The translations under genes were made by a program, and so were the position numbers. A model generated the notes under the pieces. The model saw only the letters and a list, made by a program, of their open reading frames with translations. It ran no database searches and was not told the DNA's origin. From NCBI RefSeq assembly GCF_009914755.1, contig NC_060948.1: a stretch of DNA of 64,000 nt, one strand, 5' to 3'. Shown in pieces: positions 42,997 through 57,312 of this stretch (position 1 is the first letter of the stretch; each line of letters opens with the position of its first letter). This DNA is from the human T2T-CHM13v2.0 reference genome, Homo sapiens.

Positions 42997-45900
42997 CCTG
43001 GAATAAAGTGGAATGCTACGGTCTCGAATGGAATAAAAATGTATGGAATGGAATGCAATGAAACGGAATCGAATGTCATAGAATGTAATGGAATGCAAAA
43101 AAATGGAATCCAAAATCATTGACTGGAAAGGCTGGGTGTCGAAAGGAATTGACTCCAATGGAATGGAATCGAATGGAATGGAAGTGAATAGAATCGAACT
43201 AAATCGAATGGAATGGAATTGATAGGAACGGAATGGAAAGGAATGCAATGATTTGGCATGGAATGGAATCGAATGGCATCGAATGGAATGGAATGGAATG
43301 CAATGGAATGGAATGTATTAGAATGTAATGAACTTTAATGGAATGTACTCGAATGGATTCGACTGGAATGGAATGTTCTGGAAGTGAATGGACTCCAATG
43401 GAATGGATTCAAAAGGAATGGAATCGTACGGAATGGAATCTAATGGAATGGAATTAAATGGAAATGAATCAAATTGAATAGCACGGAATTGAATTGAATG
43501 GAATGGAATGCAATGGAATCTAATGAAACGGAAAGGAAAGGAATGGAATGGAATGGAATGGGCTGGAATGGAAAGGAATCGAAACGAATGGAATGGAATC
43601 GAACTGAAGAGACTGGAATGGAATGCACTGGAATGGAAGGGAGTGTAATGGAAGGTTGTCGAAAAAAATGGAATCGAATGGAATGGAATTGAATGGAACG
43701 GAATAGAGTCGAATGGAATTGAATGGAATGGAATGGACTAGAGTGAAATGGAATCGAACCACAAGGAATGGACAGGAATAGAATGGTCTCGAATTGAATG
43801 GAATCGTATGGAATGGCATCAAACGGAATGGAATGGACAGCCACGGAATGGAATGCACTCGAATGCAATGGAGTCGAAACAAATGGACTGGAATAGAATG
43901 GACTCGACTGGTACGGACTCCAATGGAATGGAATCGAATGGAAGGGAATCGAACGGAAGGGAATCGAACGGAATGGACTCGAAGGGAAAAGACTGCAATG
44001 GAAAGGTCTCGAATGGAATGGAAATTAATGGAATGGAATGGAATCGAATGAAATGGAGTCAAAAGGAATGGAATCGAATGGCAAGAAATCGAATGTAATG
44101 GAATCGCCAGGAATTGATGTGAACGGAACGGAATGGAATGGAATCCAAAGGAATGGAATAGAATGGAATGGAATCGAATGGAAAGGACTCGAATGGAAAT
44201 CACTCGAATAGAATGCAATTTAATAAAATAGGATCAAATGTAATGGAATGGAATGGAAAGGAATCGAAACGAAATGAATGGAGACAGATGGAATGGAATG
44301 GAACAGAGAGCAATGGTATAGAATGGAATGGAATCATCTGGAATGGAATTGAATGGAATGGAATAATATGAAATGGAATGGAATGGAATGGAATGGAATG
44401 CCCTTGAATTAAATGGACTGGAATGGAATGGACTCAAACAGAGTGGAATGGAAAGTGTGGAGATAGAATGGAATGAACTCCTTTGGAATGGTGTAGTATG
44501 CAATGCAATCGACTGGCAGCGAATCAAAAGGAATGTAATCGAATGGATTGGACTGGAATGCAATGGACTCGAATAGATTGGAAACGGAATGCAAAGGAAT
44601 GGAATGGAATAGTATGGAATGCAATGGAAGGGAATGGAGTGGAATAGACTAGAGTGGAATGGAATGGACTGGAAAGCAATGGACTGGAATGGAACATTCT
44701 TGGATGGACTGGAATCAAACGGAATGGAATGCAGTGCAATCAAATGGCATGGAATAAAATAGAATGAAAGAGAATCAAATGGAATTGAATCGAATGGAAT
44801 CGAATGGATTGGAAAGGAATAGAATGGAATGGAATGGAATTGACTCAAATGGAATGGACTAGAATGGAATGGATTCGAATGGAAGGCAAAGGAATGGAAT
44901 CTATTGGAATGGACTGTAATGGAATGGAATGGAAGGGATTGGAATGGACTCGAATGGAATGGACTGCAATAGAAAGGATTCGAATGGAATGAAAAAGAAT
45001 TGAATGGAATAGAACAGAATGGAATCAAATCGAATGAAATGGAATGGAATAGAAAGGAATGGAATGAAATGGAATGGAAAGGATTCGAATGGAATGCAAT
45101 CGAATGGAATGGAATCGAACGGAATGGAATAAAATGGAAGAAAACTGGCAAGAAATGGAATCGAAATGAATGGAGTGTTATGGAACGGACTCAAAAGGAA
45201 TTGAATGTAATAGAATGGAGTGGAGTGGACTCGAATATAATGGACTGGAATGGAATGAAATCACATGGAATGGGAACGAATGGAATGGAATGGAAAGGAA
45301 TGGAATCGAATGGAAAGGAATCGAATGGAAGGGAATGAAATTGAATCAACACGAATGGAAGGGAATAGAATAGACTGTAATGGAATGGACTCGAATAGAA
45401 TGGACACGAATGCTCAAATTAAATGGACTCGAATGGAATGGAAACGAAAGGAATGTCATCGAATGGAATTGAATCGATTGGAATGAAATCGCATAGAATG
45501 GAGTGGAATCAAATGGAATTGAATCGAAAGGAAAGGAAGCGAATGGACTGAAATGAAATGGAATGGAATTGAATGGAAAGTAATGCAATGGAATAGAATG
45601 GAACGAAATTTCACGGAATGGAATCAAACTGAATGGAATCAAATCAATGGAATCAAATCAAATGGAATGGAAAGGAATTGAATGGAGTAGATGGGATTGG
45701 ATGGGATTGGAATGAAATGTACTGGAAAGGACTCGAATTTCATGAAACGGAATGGAATGAATTGGAACGGAATGGACTCGAATGGAATGGAATGTCATGG
45801 GATGGCATCAAATGGAATGACATCAAATGGAATGGAATCGAATGCAATGGAATGCTATGGAATGGAATGGAATGCATTGGAATGGAATGTCCTCTAATGG

Positions 45901-46580
45901 AATGGATTCGAGTGGAATGGAATTGAATATAATGGAGTCGAATGAAATGGAATTGAAAGGAATGGGATCGAATACAATGGAATACACTGGAATGTAACGT
46001 AATGAACTCGAATGTAATTGACTGGAATGGAATGTACATGAATGGAATGTAATCGAATGGAAAGTAATCCAATGGAATAGAATCTAATGCAATAAAATCG
46101 ACTCAGATAGAGTAGAATGTAATGGAATGGAGTGCAGTGCAATGGAATGGAATGGAATGGAATGCAATGGAATGGAATGGAATGGAATGGAATGGAATGG
46201 AATGGAATGGAATGGGATGGAATGGTATGGAATGGATAGTAATGGACTGGAGTGAAATGGACTGGAAAGGAATGGACTCAAATTGAAAGGGCTCGAAAGG
46301 AATGGAGTCAAATGGAATGGTCTGGAATGGAATGAACACGAATGTAATGCAACCCAATAGAATGGAATCGAATGGCATGGAATATAAAGAAATGGAATCG
46401 AAGAGAATGGAAACAAATGGAATGGAATTGAATGGAATGGAATTGAATGGAATGGGAACGAATGGAGTGAAATTGTATGCAGTAGAAGAGAATAGAATGG
46501 AATGCAAGCGAAAGGAAAGGAATGGATTGGAATGGAATGGAATTCATTGGAATGGAAGGGAATGTAGTGTAATGGACAGG
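42997..46580. repeat. DYZ1 unit U13 (3584 bp)
   Basis: HaeIII interval; long allele, n=9. Confidence 0.93.
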
Positions 46581-49500
46581 CCTGGAATAAAGTGGAATGC
46601 TACGGTCTCGAATGGAATAAAAATGTATGGAATGGAATGCAATGAAACGGAATCGAATGTCATAGAATGTAATGGAATGCAAAAAAATGGAATCCAAAAT
46701 CATTGACTGGAAAGGCTGGGTGTCGAAAGGAATTGACTCCAATGGAATGGAATCGAATGGAATGGAAGTGAATAGAATCGAACTAAATCGAATGGAATGG
46801 AATTGATAGGAACGGAATGGAAAGGAATGCAATGATTTGGCATGGAATGGAATCGAATGGCATCGAATGGAATGGAATGGAATGCAATGGAATGGAATGT
46901 ATTAGAATGTAATGAACTTTAATGGAATGTACTCGAATGGATTCGACTGGAATGGAATGTTCTGGAAGTGAATGGACTCCAATGGAATGGATTCAAAAGG
47001 AATGGAATCGTACGGAATGGAATCTAATGGAATGGAATTAAATGGAAATGAATCAAATTGAATAGCACGGAATTGAATTGAATGGAATCGAATGCAATGG
47101 AATCTAATGAAACGGAAAGGAAAGGAATGGAATGGAATGGAATGGGCTGGAATGGAAAGGAATCGAAACGAATGGAATGGAATCGAAGTGAAGAGACTGG
47201 AATGGAATGCACTGGAATGGAAGGGAGTGTAATGGAAGGTTCTCGAAAAAAATGGAATCGAATGGAATGGAATTGAATGGAACGGAATAGAGTCGAATGG
47301 AATTGAATGGAATGGAATGGACTAGAGTGAAATGGAATCGAACCACAAGGAATGGACAGGAATAGAATGGTCTCGAATTGAATGGAATCGTATGGAATGG
47401 CATCAAACGGAATGGAATGGACAGCCACGGAATGGAATGCACTCGAATGCAATGGAGTCGAAACTAATGGACTGGAATAGAATGGACTCGACTGGTACGG
47501 ACTCCAATGGAATGGAATCGAATGGAAGGGAATCGAACGGAATGGAATCGAACGGAATGGACTCGAAGGGAAAAGACTGCAATGGAAAGGTCTCGAATGG
47601 AATGGAAATTAATGGAATGGAATGGAATCGAATGAAATGGAGTCAAAAGGAATGGAATCGAATGGCAAGAAATCGAATGTAATGGAATCGCCAGGAATTG
47701 ATGTGAACGGAACGGAATGGAATGGAATCCAAAGGAATGGAATAGAATGGAATGGAATCGAATGGAAAGGACTCGAATGGAAATCACTCGAATAGAATGC
47801 AATTTAATAAAATAGGATCAAATGTAATGGAATGGAATGGAAAGGAATCGAAACGAAAGGAATGGAGACAGATGGAATGGAATGGAACAGAGAGCAATGG
47901 TATAGAATGGAATGGAATCATCTGGAATGGAATTGAATGGAATGGAATAATATGAAATGGAATGGAATGGAATGGAATGGAATGCCCTTGAATTAAATGG
48001 ACTGGAATGGAATGGACTCAAACAGAGTGGAATGGAAAGTGTGGAGATAGAATGGAATGAACTCCTTTGGAATGGTGTAGTATGCAATGCAATCGACTGG
48101 CAGGGAATCAAAAGGAATGTAATCGAATGGATTGGACTGGAATGCAATGGACTCGAATAGATTGGAAACGGAATGCAAAGGAATGGAATGGAATAGTATG
48201 GAATGCAATGGAAGGGAATGGAGTGGAATAGACTAGAGTGGAATGGAATGGACTGGAAAGCAATGGACTGGAATGGAACTTTCTTGGATGGACTGGAATC
48301 AAACGGAATGGAATGCAATGCAATCAAATGGCATGGAATAAAATAGAATGAAAGAGAATCAAATGGAATTGAATCGAATGGAATCGAATGGATTGGAAAG
48401 GAATAGAATGGAATGGAATGGAATTGAATCAAATGGAATGGACTAGAATGGAATGGATTCGAACGGAAAGCAAAGGAATGGAATCTATTGGAATGGACTG
48501 TAATGGAATGGAATGGAAGGGATTGGAATGGACTCGAATGGAATGGACTGCAATAGAAAGGATTCGAATGGAATGAAAAAGAATTGAATGGAATAGAACA
48601 GAATGGAATCAAATCGAATGAAATGGAATGGAATAGAAAGGAATGGAATGAAATGGAATGGAAAGGATTCGAATGGAATGCAATCGAATGGAATGGAATC
48701 GAACGGAATGGAATAAAATGGAAGAAAACTGGCAAGAAATGGAATCGAAATGAATGGAGTGTTATGGAACGGACTCAAAAGGAATTGAATGTAATAGAAT
48801 GGAGTGGAGTGGACTCGAATATAATGGACTGGAATGGAATGAAATCACATGGAATGGGAACGAATGGAATGGAATGGAAAGGAATGGAATCGAATGGAAA
48901 GGAATCGAATGGAAGGGAATGAAATTGAATCAACACGAATGGAAGGGAATAGAATAGACTGTAATGGAATGGACTCGAATAGAATGGACACGAATGCTCA
49001 AATTAAATGGACTCGAATGGAATGGAAACGAAAGGAATGTCATCGAATGGAATTGAATCGATTGGAATGAAATCGCATAGAATGGAGTGGAATCAAATGG
49101 AATTGAATCGAAAGGAAAGGAAGCGAATGGACTGAAATGAAATGGAATGGAATTGAATGGAAAGTAATGCAATGGAATAGAATGGAACGAAATTTCACGG
49201 AATGGAATCAAACTGAATGGAATCAAATCAATGGAATCAAATCAAATGGAATGGAAAGGAATTGAATGGAGTAGATGGGATTGGATGGGATTGGAATGAA
49301 ATGTACTGGAAAGGACTCGAATTTCATGAAACGGAATGGAATGAATTGGAACGGAATGGACTCGAATGGAATGGAATGTCATGGGATGGCATCAAATGGA
49401 ATGACATCAAATGGAATGGAATCGAATGCAATGGAATGCTATGGAATGGAATGGAATGCATTGGAATGGAATGTCCGCTAATGGAATGGATTCGAGTGGA

Positions 49501-50164
49501 ATGGAATTGAATATAATGGAGTCGAATGAAATGGAATTGAAAGGAATGGGATCGAATACAATGGAATATACTGGAATGTAACGTAATGAACTCGAATGTA
49601 ATTGACTGGAATGGAATGTACATGAATGGAATGTAATCGAATGGAAAGTAATCCAATGGAATAGAATCTAATGCAATAAAATCGACTCAGATAGAGTAGA
49701 ATGTAATGGAATGGAGTGCAGTGCAATGGAATGGAATGCAATGGAATGGAATGGAATGGAATGGAATGGAATGGAATGGAATGGAATGGAATGGAATGGG
49801 ATGGAATGGTATGGAATGGATAGTAATGGACTGGAGTGAAATGGACTGGAAAGGAATGGACTCAAATTGAAAGGGCTCGAAAGGAATGGAGTCAAATGGA
49901 ATGGTCTGGAATGGAATGAACACGAATGTAATGCAACCCAATAGAATGGAATCGAATGGCATGGAATATAAAGAAATGGAATCGAAGAGAATGGAAACAA
50001 ATGGAATGGAATTGAATGGAATGGAATTGAATGGAATGGGAACGAATGGAGTGAAATTGTATGCAGTAGAAGAGAATAGAATGGAATGCAAGCGAAAGGA
50101 AAGGAATGGATTGGAATGGAATGGAATTCATTGGAATGGAAGGGAATGTAGTGTAATGGACAGG
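46581..50164. repeat. DYZ1 unit U14 (3584 bp)
   Basis: HaeIII interval; long allele, tract 2+11. Confidence 0.93.
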
Positions 50165-53100
50165 CCTGGAATAAAGTGGAATGCTACGGTCTCGAATGGA
50201 ATAAAAATGTATGGAATGGAATGCAATGAAACGGAATCGAATGTCATAGAATGTAATGGAATGCAAAAAAATGGAATCCAAAATCATTGACTGGAAAGGC
50301 TGGGTGTCGAAAGGAATTGACTCCAATGGAATGGAATCGAATGGAATGGAAGTGAATAGAATCGAACTAAATCGAATGGAATGGAATTGATAGGAACGGA
50401 ATGGAAAGGAATGCAATGATTTGGCATGGAATGGAATCGAATGGCATCGAATGGAATGGAATGGAATGCAATGGAATGGAATGTATTAGAATGTAATGAA
50501 CTTTAATGGAATGTACTCGAATGGATTCGACTGGAATGGAATGTTCTGGAAGTGAATGGACTCCAATGGAATGGATTCAAAAGGAATGGAATCGTACGGA
50601 ATGGAATCTAATGGAATGGAATTAAATGGAAATGAATCAAATTGAATAGCACGGAATTGAATTGAATGGAATGGAATGCAATGGAATCTAATGAAACGGA
50701 AAGGAAAGGAATGGAATGGAATGGAATGGGCTGGAATGGAAAGGAATCGAAACGAATGGAATGGAATCGAAGTGAAGAGACTGGAATGGAATGCACTGGA
50801 ATGGAAGGGAGTGTAATGGAAGGTTCTCGAAAAAAATGGAATCGAATGGAATGGAATTGAATGGAGCGGAATAGAGTCGAATGGAATTGAATGGAATGGA
50901 ATGGACTAGAGTGAAATGGAATCGAACCACAAGGAATGGACAGGAATAGAATGGTCTCGAATTGAATGGAATCGTATGGAATGGCATCAAACGGAATGGA
51001 ATGGACAGCCACGGAATGGAATGCACTCGAATGCAATGGAGTCGAAACTAATGGACTGGAATAGAATGGACTCGACTGGTACGGACTCCAATGGAATGGA
51101 ATCGAATGGAAGGGAATCGAACGGAATGGAATCGAACGGAATGGACTCGAAGGGAAAAGACTGCAATGGAAAGGTCTCGAATGGAATGGAAATTAATGGA
51201 ATGGAATGGAATCGAATGAAATGGAGTCAAAAGGAATGGAATCGAATGGCAAGAAATCGAATGTAATGGAATCGCCAGGAATTGATGTGAACGGAACGGA
51301 ATGGAATGGAATCCAAAGGAATGGAATAGAATGGAATGGAATCGAATGGAAAGGACTCGAATGGAAATCACTCGAATAGAATGCAATTTAATAAAATAGG
51401 ATCAAATGTAATGGAATGGAATGGAAAGGAATCGAAACGAAAGGAATGGAGACAGATGGAATGGAATGGAACAGAGAGCAATGGTATAGAATGGAATGGA
51501 ATCATCTGGAATGGAATTGAATGGAATGGAATAATATGAAATGGAATGGAATGGAATGGAATGGAATGCCCTTGAATTAAATGGACTGGAATGGAATGGA
51601 CTCAAACAGAGTGGAATGGAAAGTGTGGAGATAGAATGGAATGAACTCCTTTGGAATGGTGTAGTATGCAATGCAATCGACTGGCAGGGAATCAAAAGGA
51701 ATGTAATCGAATGGATTGGACTGGAATGCAATGGACTCGAAGAGATTGGAAACGGAATGCAAAGGAATGGAATGGAATAGTATGGAATGCAATGGAAGGG
51801 AATGGAGTGGAATAGACTAGAGTGGAATGGAATGGACTGGAAAGCAATGGACTGGAATGGAACTTTCTTGGATGGATTGGAATCAAACGGAATGGAATGC
51901 AATGCAATCAAATGGCATGGAATAAAATAGAATGAAAGAGAATCAAATGGAATTGAATCGAATGGAATCGAATGGATTGGAAAGGAATAGAATGGAATGG
52001 AATGGAATTGACTCAAATGGAATGGACTAGAATGGAATGGATTCGAATGGAAGGCAAAGGAATGGAATCTATTGGAATGGACTGTAATGGAATGGAATGG
52101 AAGGGATTGGAATGGACTCGAATGGAATGGACTGCAATAGAAAGGATTCGAATGGAATGAAAAAGAATTGAATGGAATAGAACAGAATGGAATCAAATCG
52201 AATGAAATGGAATGGAATAGAAAGGAATGGAATGAAATGGAATGGAAAGGATTCGAATGGAATGCAATCGAATGGAATGGAATCGAACGGAATGGAATAA
52301 AATGGAAGAAAACTGGCAAGAAATGGAATCGAAATGAATGGAGTGTTATGGAACGGACTCAAAAGGAATTGAATGTAATAGAATTGAGTGGAGTGGACTC
52401 GAATATAATGGACTGGAATGGAATGAAATCACATGGAATGGGAACGAATGGAATGGAATGGAAAGGAATGGAATCCAATGGAAAGGAATCGAATGGAAGG
52501 GAATGAAATTGAATCAACAGGAATGGAAGGGAATAGAATAGACGGTAATGGAATGGACTCGGATAGAATGGACACGAATGCTCAAATTAAATGGACTCGA
52601 ATTGAATGGAAACGAAAGGAATGTTATCGAATGGAATTGAATCGATTGGAATGAAATCGCATAGAATGGAGTGGAATCAAATGGAATTGAATCGAAAGGA
52701 AAGGAAGCGAATGGACTGAAATGAAATGGAATGGAATTGAATGGAAAGTAATGCAATGGAATAGAATGGAACGAAATTTCACGGAATGGAATCAAACTGA
52801 ATGGAATCAAATCAATGGAATCAAATCAAATGGAATGGAAAGGAATTGAATGGAGTAGATGGGATTGGATGGGATTGGAATGAAATGTACTGGAAAGGAC
52901 TCGAATTTCATGAAACGGAATGGAATGAATTGGAACGGAATGGACTCGAATGGAATGGAATGTCATGGGATGGCATCAAATGGAATGACATCAAATGGAA
53001 TGGAATCGAATGCAATGGAATGCTATGGAATGGAATGGAATGCATTGGAATGGAATGTCCGCTAATGGAATGGATTCGAGTGGAATGGAATTGAATATAA

Positions 53101-53738
53101 TGGAGTCGAATGAAATGGAATTGAAAGGAATGGGATCGAATACAATGGAATATACTGGAATGTAACGTAATGAACTCGAATGTAATTGACTGGAATGGAA
53201 TGTACATGAATGGAATGTAATCGAATGGAAAGTAATCCAATGGAATAGAATCTAATGCAATAAAATCGACTCAGATAGAGTAGAATGTAATGGAATGGAG
53301 TGCAGTGCAATGGAATGGAATGCAATGGAATGGAATGGAATGGAATGGAATGGAATGGAATGGAATGGAATGGGATGGAATGGTATGGAATGGATAGTAA
53401 TGGACTGGAGTGAAATGGACTGGAAAGGAATGGACTCAAATTGAAAGGGCTCGAAAGGAATGGAGTCAAATGGAATGGTCTGGAATGGAATGAACACGAA
53501 TGTAATGCAACCCAATAGAATGGAATCGAATGGCATGGAATATAAAGAAATGGAATCGAAGAGAATGGAAACAAATGGAATGGAATTGAATGGAATGGAA
53601 TTGAATGGAATGGGAACGAATGGAGTGAAATTGTATGCAGTAGAAGAGAATAGAATGGAATGCAAGCGAAAGGAAAGGAATGGATTGGAATGGAATGGAA
53701 TTCATTGGAATGGAAGGGAATGTAGTGTAATGGACAGG
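50165..53738. repeat. DYZ1 unit U15 (3574 bp)
   Basis: HaeIII interval; long allele, tract 2+9. Confidence 0.93.
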
Positions 53739-56700
53739 CCTGGAATAAAGTGGAATGCTACGGTCTCGAATGGAATAAAAATGTATGGAATGGAATGCAA
53801 TGAAACGGAATCGAATGTCATAGAATGTAATGGAATGCAAAAAAATGGAATCCAAAATCATTGACTGGAAAGGCTGGGTGTCGAAAGGAATTGACTCCAA
53901 TGGAATGGAATCGAATGGAATGGAAGTGAATAGAATCGAACTAAATCGAATGGAATGGAATTGATAGGAACGGAATGGAAAGGAATGCAATGATTTGGCA
54001 TGGAATGGAATCGAATGGCATCGAATGGAATGGAATGGAATGCAATGGAATGGAATGTATTAGAATGTAATGAACTTTAATGGAATGTACTCGAATGGAT
54101 TCGACTGGAATGGAATGTTCTGGAAGTGAATGGACTCCAATGGAATGGATTCAAAAGGAATGGAATCGTACGGAATGGAATCTAATGGAATGGAATTAAA
54201 TGGAAATGAATCAAATTGAATAGCACGGAATTGAATTGAATGGAATGGAATGCAATGGAATCTAATGAAACGGAAAGGAAAGGAATGGAATGGAATGGAA
54301 TGGGCTGGAATGGAAAGGAATCGAAACGAATGGAATGGAATCGAAGTGAAGAGACTGGAATGGAATGCACTGGAATGGAAGGGAGTGTAATGCAAGGTTC
54401 TCGAAAAAAATGGAATCGAATGGAATGGAATTGAATGGAACGTAATAGAGTCGAATGGAATTGAATGGAATGGAATGGACTAGAGTGAAATGGAATCGAA
54501 CCACAAGGAATGGACAGGAATAGAATGGTCTCGAATTGAATGGAATCGTATGGAATGGCATCAAACGGAATGGAATGGACAGCCACGGAATGGAATGCAC
54601 TCGAATGCAATGGAGTCGAAACTAATGGACTGGAATAGAATGGACTCGACTGGTACGGACTCCAATGGAATGGAATCGAATGGAAGGGAATCGAACGGAA
54701 GGGAATCGAACGGAATGGACTCGAAGGGAAAAGACTGCAATGGAAAGGTCTCGAATGGAATGGAAATTAATGGAATGGAATGGAATCGAATGAAATGGAG
54801 TCAAAAGGAATGGAATCGAATGGCAAGAAATCGAATGTAATGGAATCGCCAGGAATTGATGTGAACGGAACGGAATGGAATGGGATCCAAAGGAATGGAA
54901 TAGAATGGAATGGAATCGAATGGAAAGGACTCGAATGGAAATCACTCGAATAGAATGCAATTTGATAAAATAGGATCAAATGTAATGGAATGGAATGGAA
55001 AGGAATCGAAACGAAAGGAATGGAGACAGATGGAATGGAATGGAACAGAGAGCAATGGTATAGAATGGAATGGAATCATCTGGAATGGAATTGAATGGAA
55101 TGGAATAATATGAAATGGAATGGAATGGAATGGAATGGAATGCCCTTGAATTAAATGGACTGGAATGGAATGGACTCAAACAGAGTGGAATGGAAAGTGT
55201 GGAGATAGAATGGAATGAACTCCTTTGGAATGGTGTAGTATGCAATGCAATCGACTGGCAGGGAATCAAAAGGAATGTAATCGAATGGATTGGACTGGAA
55301 TGCAATGGACTCGAAGAGATTGGAAACGGAATGCAAAGGAATGGAATGGAATAGTATGGAATGCAATGGAAGGGAATGGAGTGGAATAGACTAGAGTGGA
55401 ATGGAATGGACTGGAAAGCAATGGACTGGAATGGAACTTTCTTGGATGGATTGGAATCAAACGGAATGGAATGCAATGCAATCAAATGGCATGGAATAAA
55501 ATAGAATGAAAGAGAATCAAATGGAATTGAATCGAATGGAATCGAATGGATTGGAAAGGAATAGAATGGAATGGAATGGAATTGACTCAAATGGAATGGA
55601 CTAGAATGGAATGGATTCGAATGGAAGGCAAAGGAATGGAATCTATTGGAATGGACTGTAATGGAATGGAATGGAAGGGATTGGAATGGACTCGAATGGA
55701 ATGGACTGCAATAGAAAGGATTCGAATGGAATGAAAAAGAATTGAATGGAATAGAACAGAATGGAATCAAATCGAATGAAATGGAATGGAATAGAAAGGA
55801 ATGGAATGAAATGGAATGGAAAGGATTCGAATGGAATGCAATCGAATGGAATGGAATCGAACGGAATGGAATAAAATGGAAGAAAACTGGCAAGAAATGG
55901 AATCGAAATGAATGGAGTGTTATGGAACGGACTCAAAAGGAATTGAATGTAATAGAATTGAGTGGAGTGGACTCGAATATAATGGACTGGAATGGAATGA
56001 AATCACATGGAATGGGAACGAATGGAATGGAATGGAAAGGAATGGAATCCAATGGAAAGGAATCGAATGGAAGGGAATGAAATTGAATCAACAGGAATGG
56101 AAGGGAATAGAATAGACGGTAATGGAATGGACTCGGATAGAATGGACACGAATGCTCAAATTAAATGGACTCGAATTGAATGGAAACGAAAGGAATGTTA
56201 TCGAATGGAATTGAATCGATTGGAATGAAATCGCATAGAATGGAGTGGAATCAAATGGAATTGAATCGAAAGGAAAGGAAGCGAATGGACTGAAATGAAA
56301 TGGAATGGAATTGAATGGAAAGTAATGCAATGGAATAGAATGGAACGAAATTTCACGGAATGGAATCAAACTGAATGGAATCAAATCAATGGAATCAAAT
56401 CAAATGGAATGGAGTAGATGGGATTGGATGGGATTGGAATGAAATGTACTGGAAAGGACTCGAATTTCATGAAACGGAATGGAATGAATTGGAACGGAAT
56501 GGACTCGAATGGAATGGAATGTCATGGGATGGCATCAAATGGAATGACATCAAATGGAATGGAATCGAATGCAATGGAATGCTATGGAATGGAATGGAAT
56601 GCATTGGAATGGAATGTCCGCTAATGGAATGGATTCGAGTGGAATGGAATTGAATATAATGGAGTCGAATGAAATGGAATTGAAAGGAATGGGATCGAAT

Positions 56701-57312
56701 ACAATGGAATATACTGGAATGTAACGTAATGAACTCGAATGTAATTGACTGGAATGGAATGTACATGAATGGAATGTAATCGAATGGAAAGTAATCCAAT
56801 GGAATAGAATCTAATGCAATAAAATCGACTCAGATAGAGTAGAATGTAATGGAATGGAGTGCAGTGCAATGGAATGGAATGGAATGGAATGCAATGGAAT
56901 GGAATGGAATGGAATGGAATGGAATGGAATGGAATGGAATGGAATGGGATGGAATGGTATGGAATGGATAGTAATGGACTGGAGTGAAATGGACTGGAAA
57001 GGAATGGACTCAAATTGAAAGGGCTCGAAAGGAATGGAGTCAAATGGAATGGTCTGGAATGGAATGAACACGAATGTAATGCAACCCAATAGAATGGAAT
57101 CGAATGGCATGGAATATAAAGAAATGGAATCGAAGAGAATGGAAACAAATGGAATGGAATTGAATGGAATGGAATTGAATGGAATGGGAACGAATGGAGT
57201 GAAATTGTATGCAGTAGAAGAGAATAGAATGGAATGCAAGCGAAAGGAAAGGAATGGATTGGAATGGAATGGAATTCATTGGAATGGAAGGGAATGTAGT
57301 GTAATGGACAGG
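53739..57312. repeat. DYZ1 unit U16 (3574 bp)
   Basis: HaeIII interval; long allele, n=10, private 15-bp deletion at ~56410. Confidence 0.93.
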
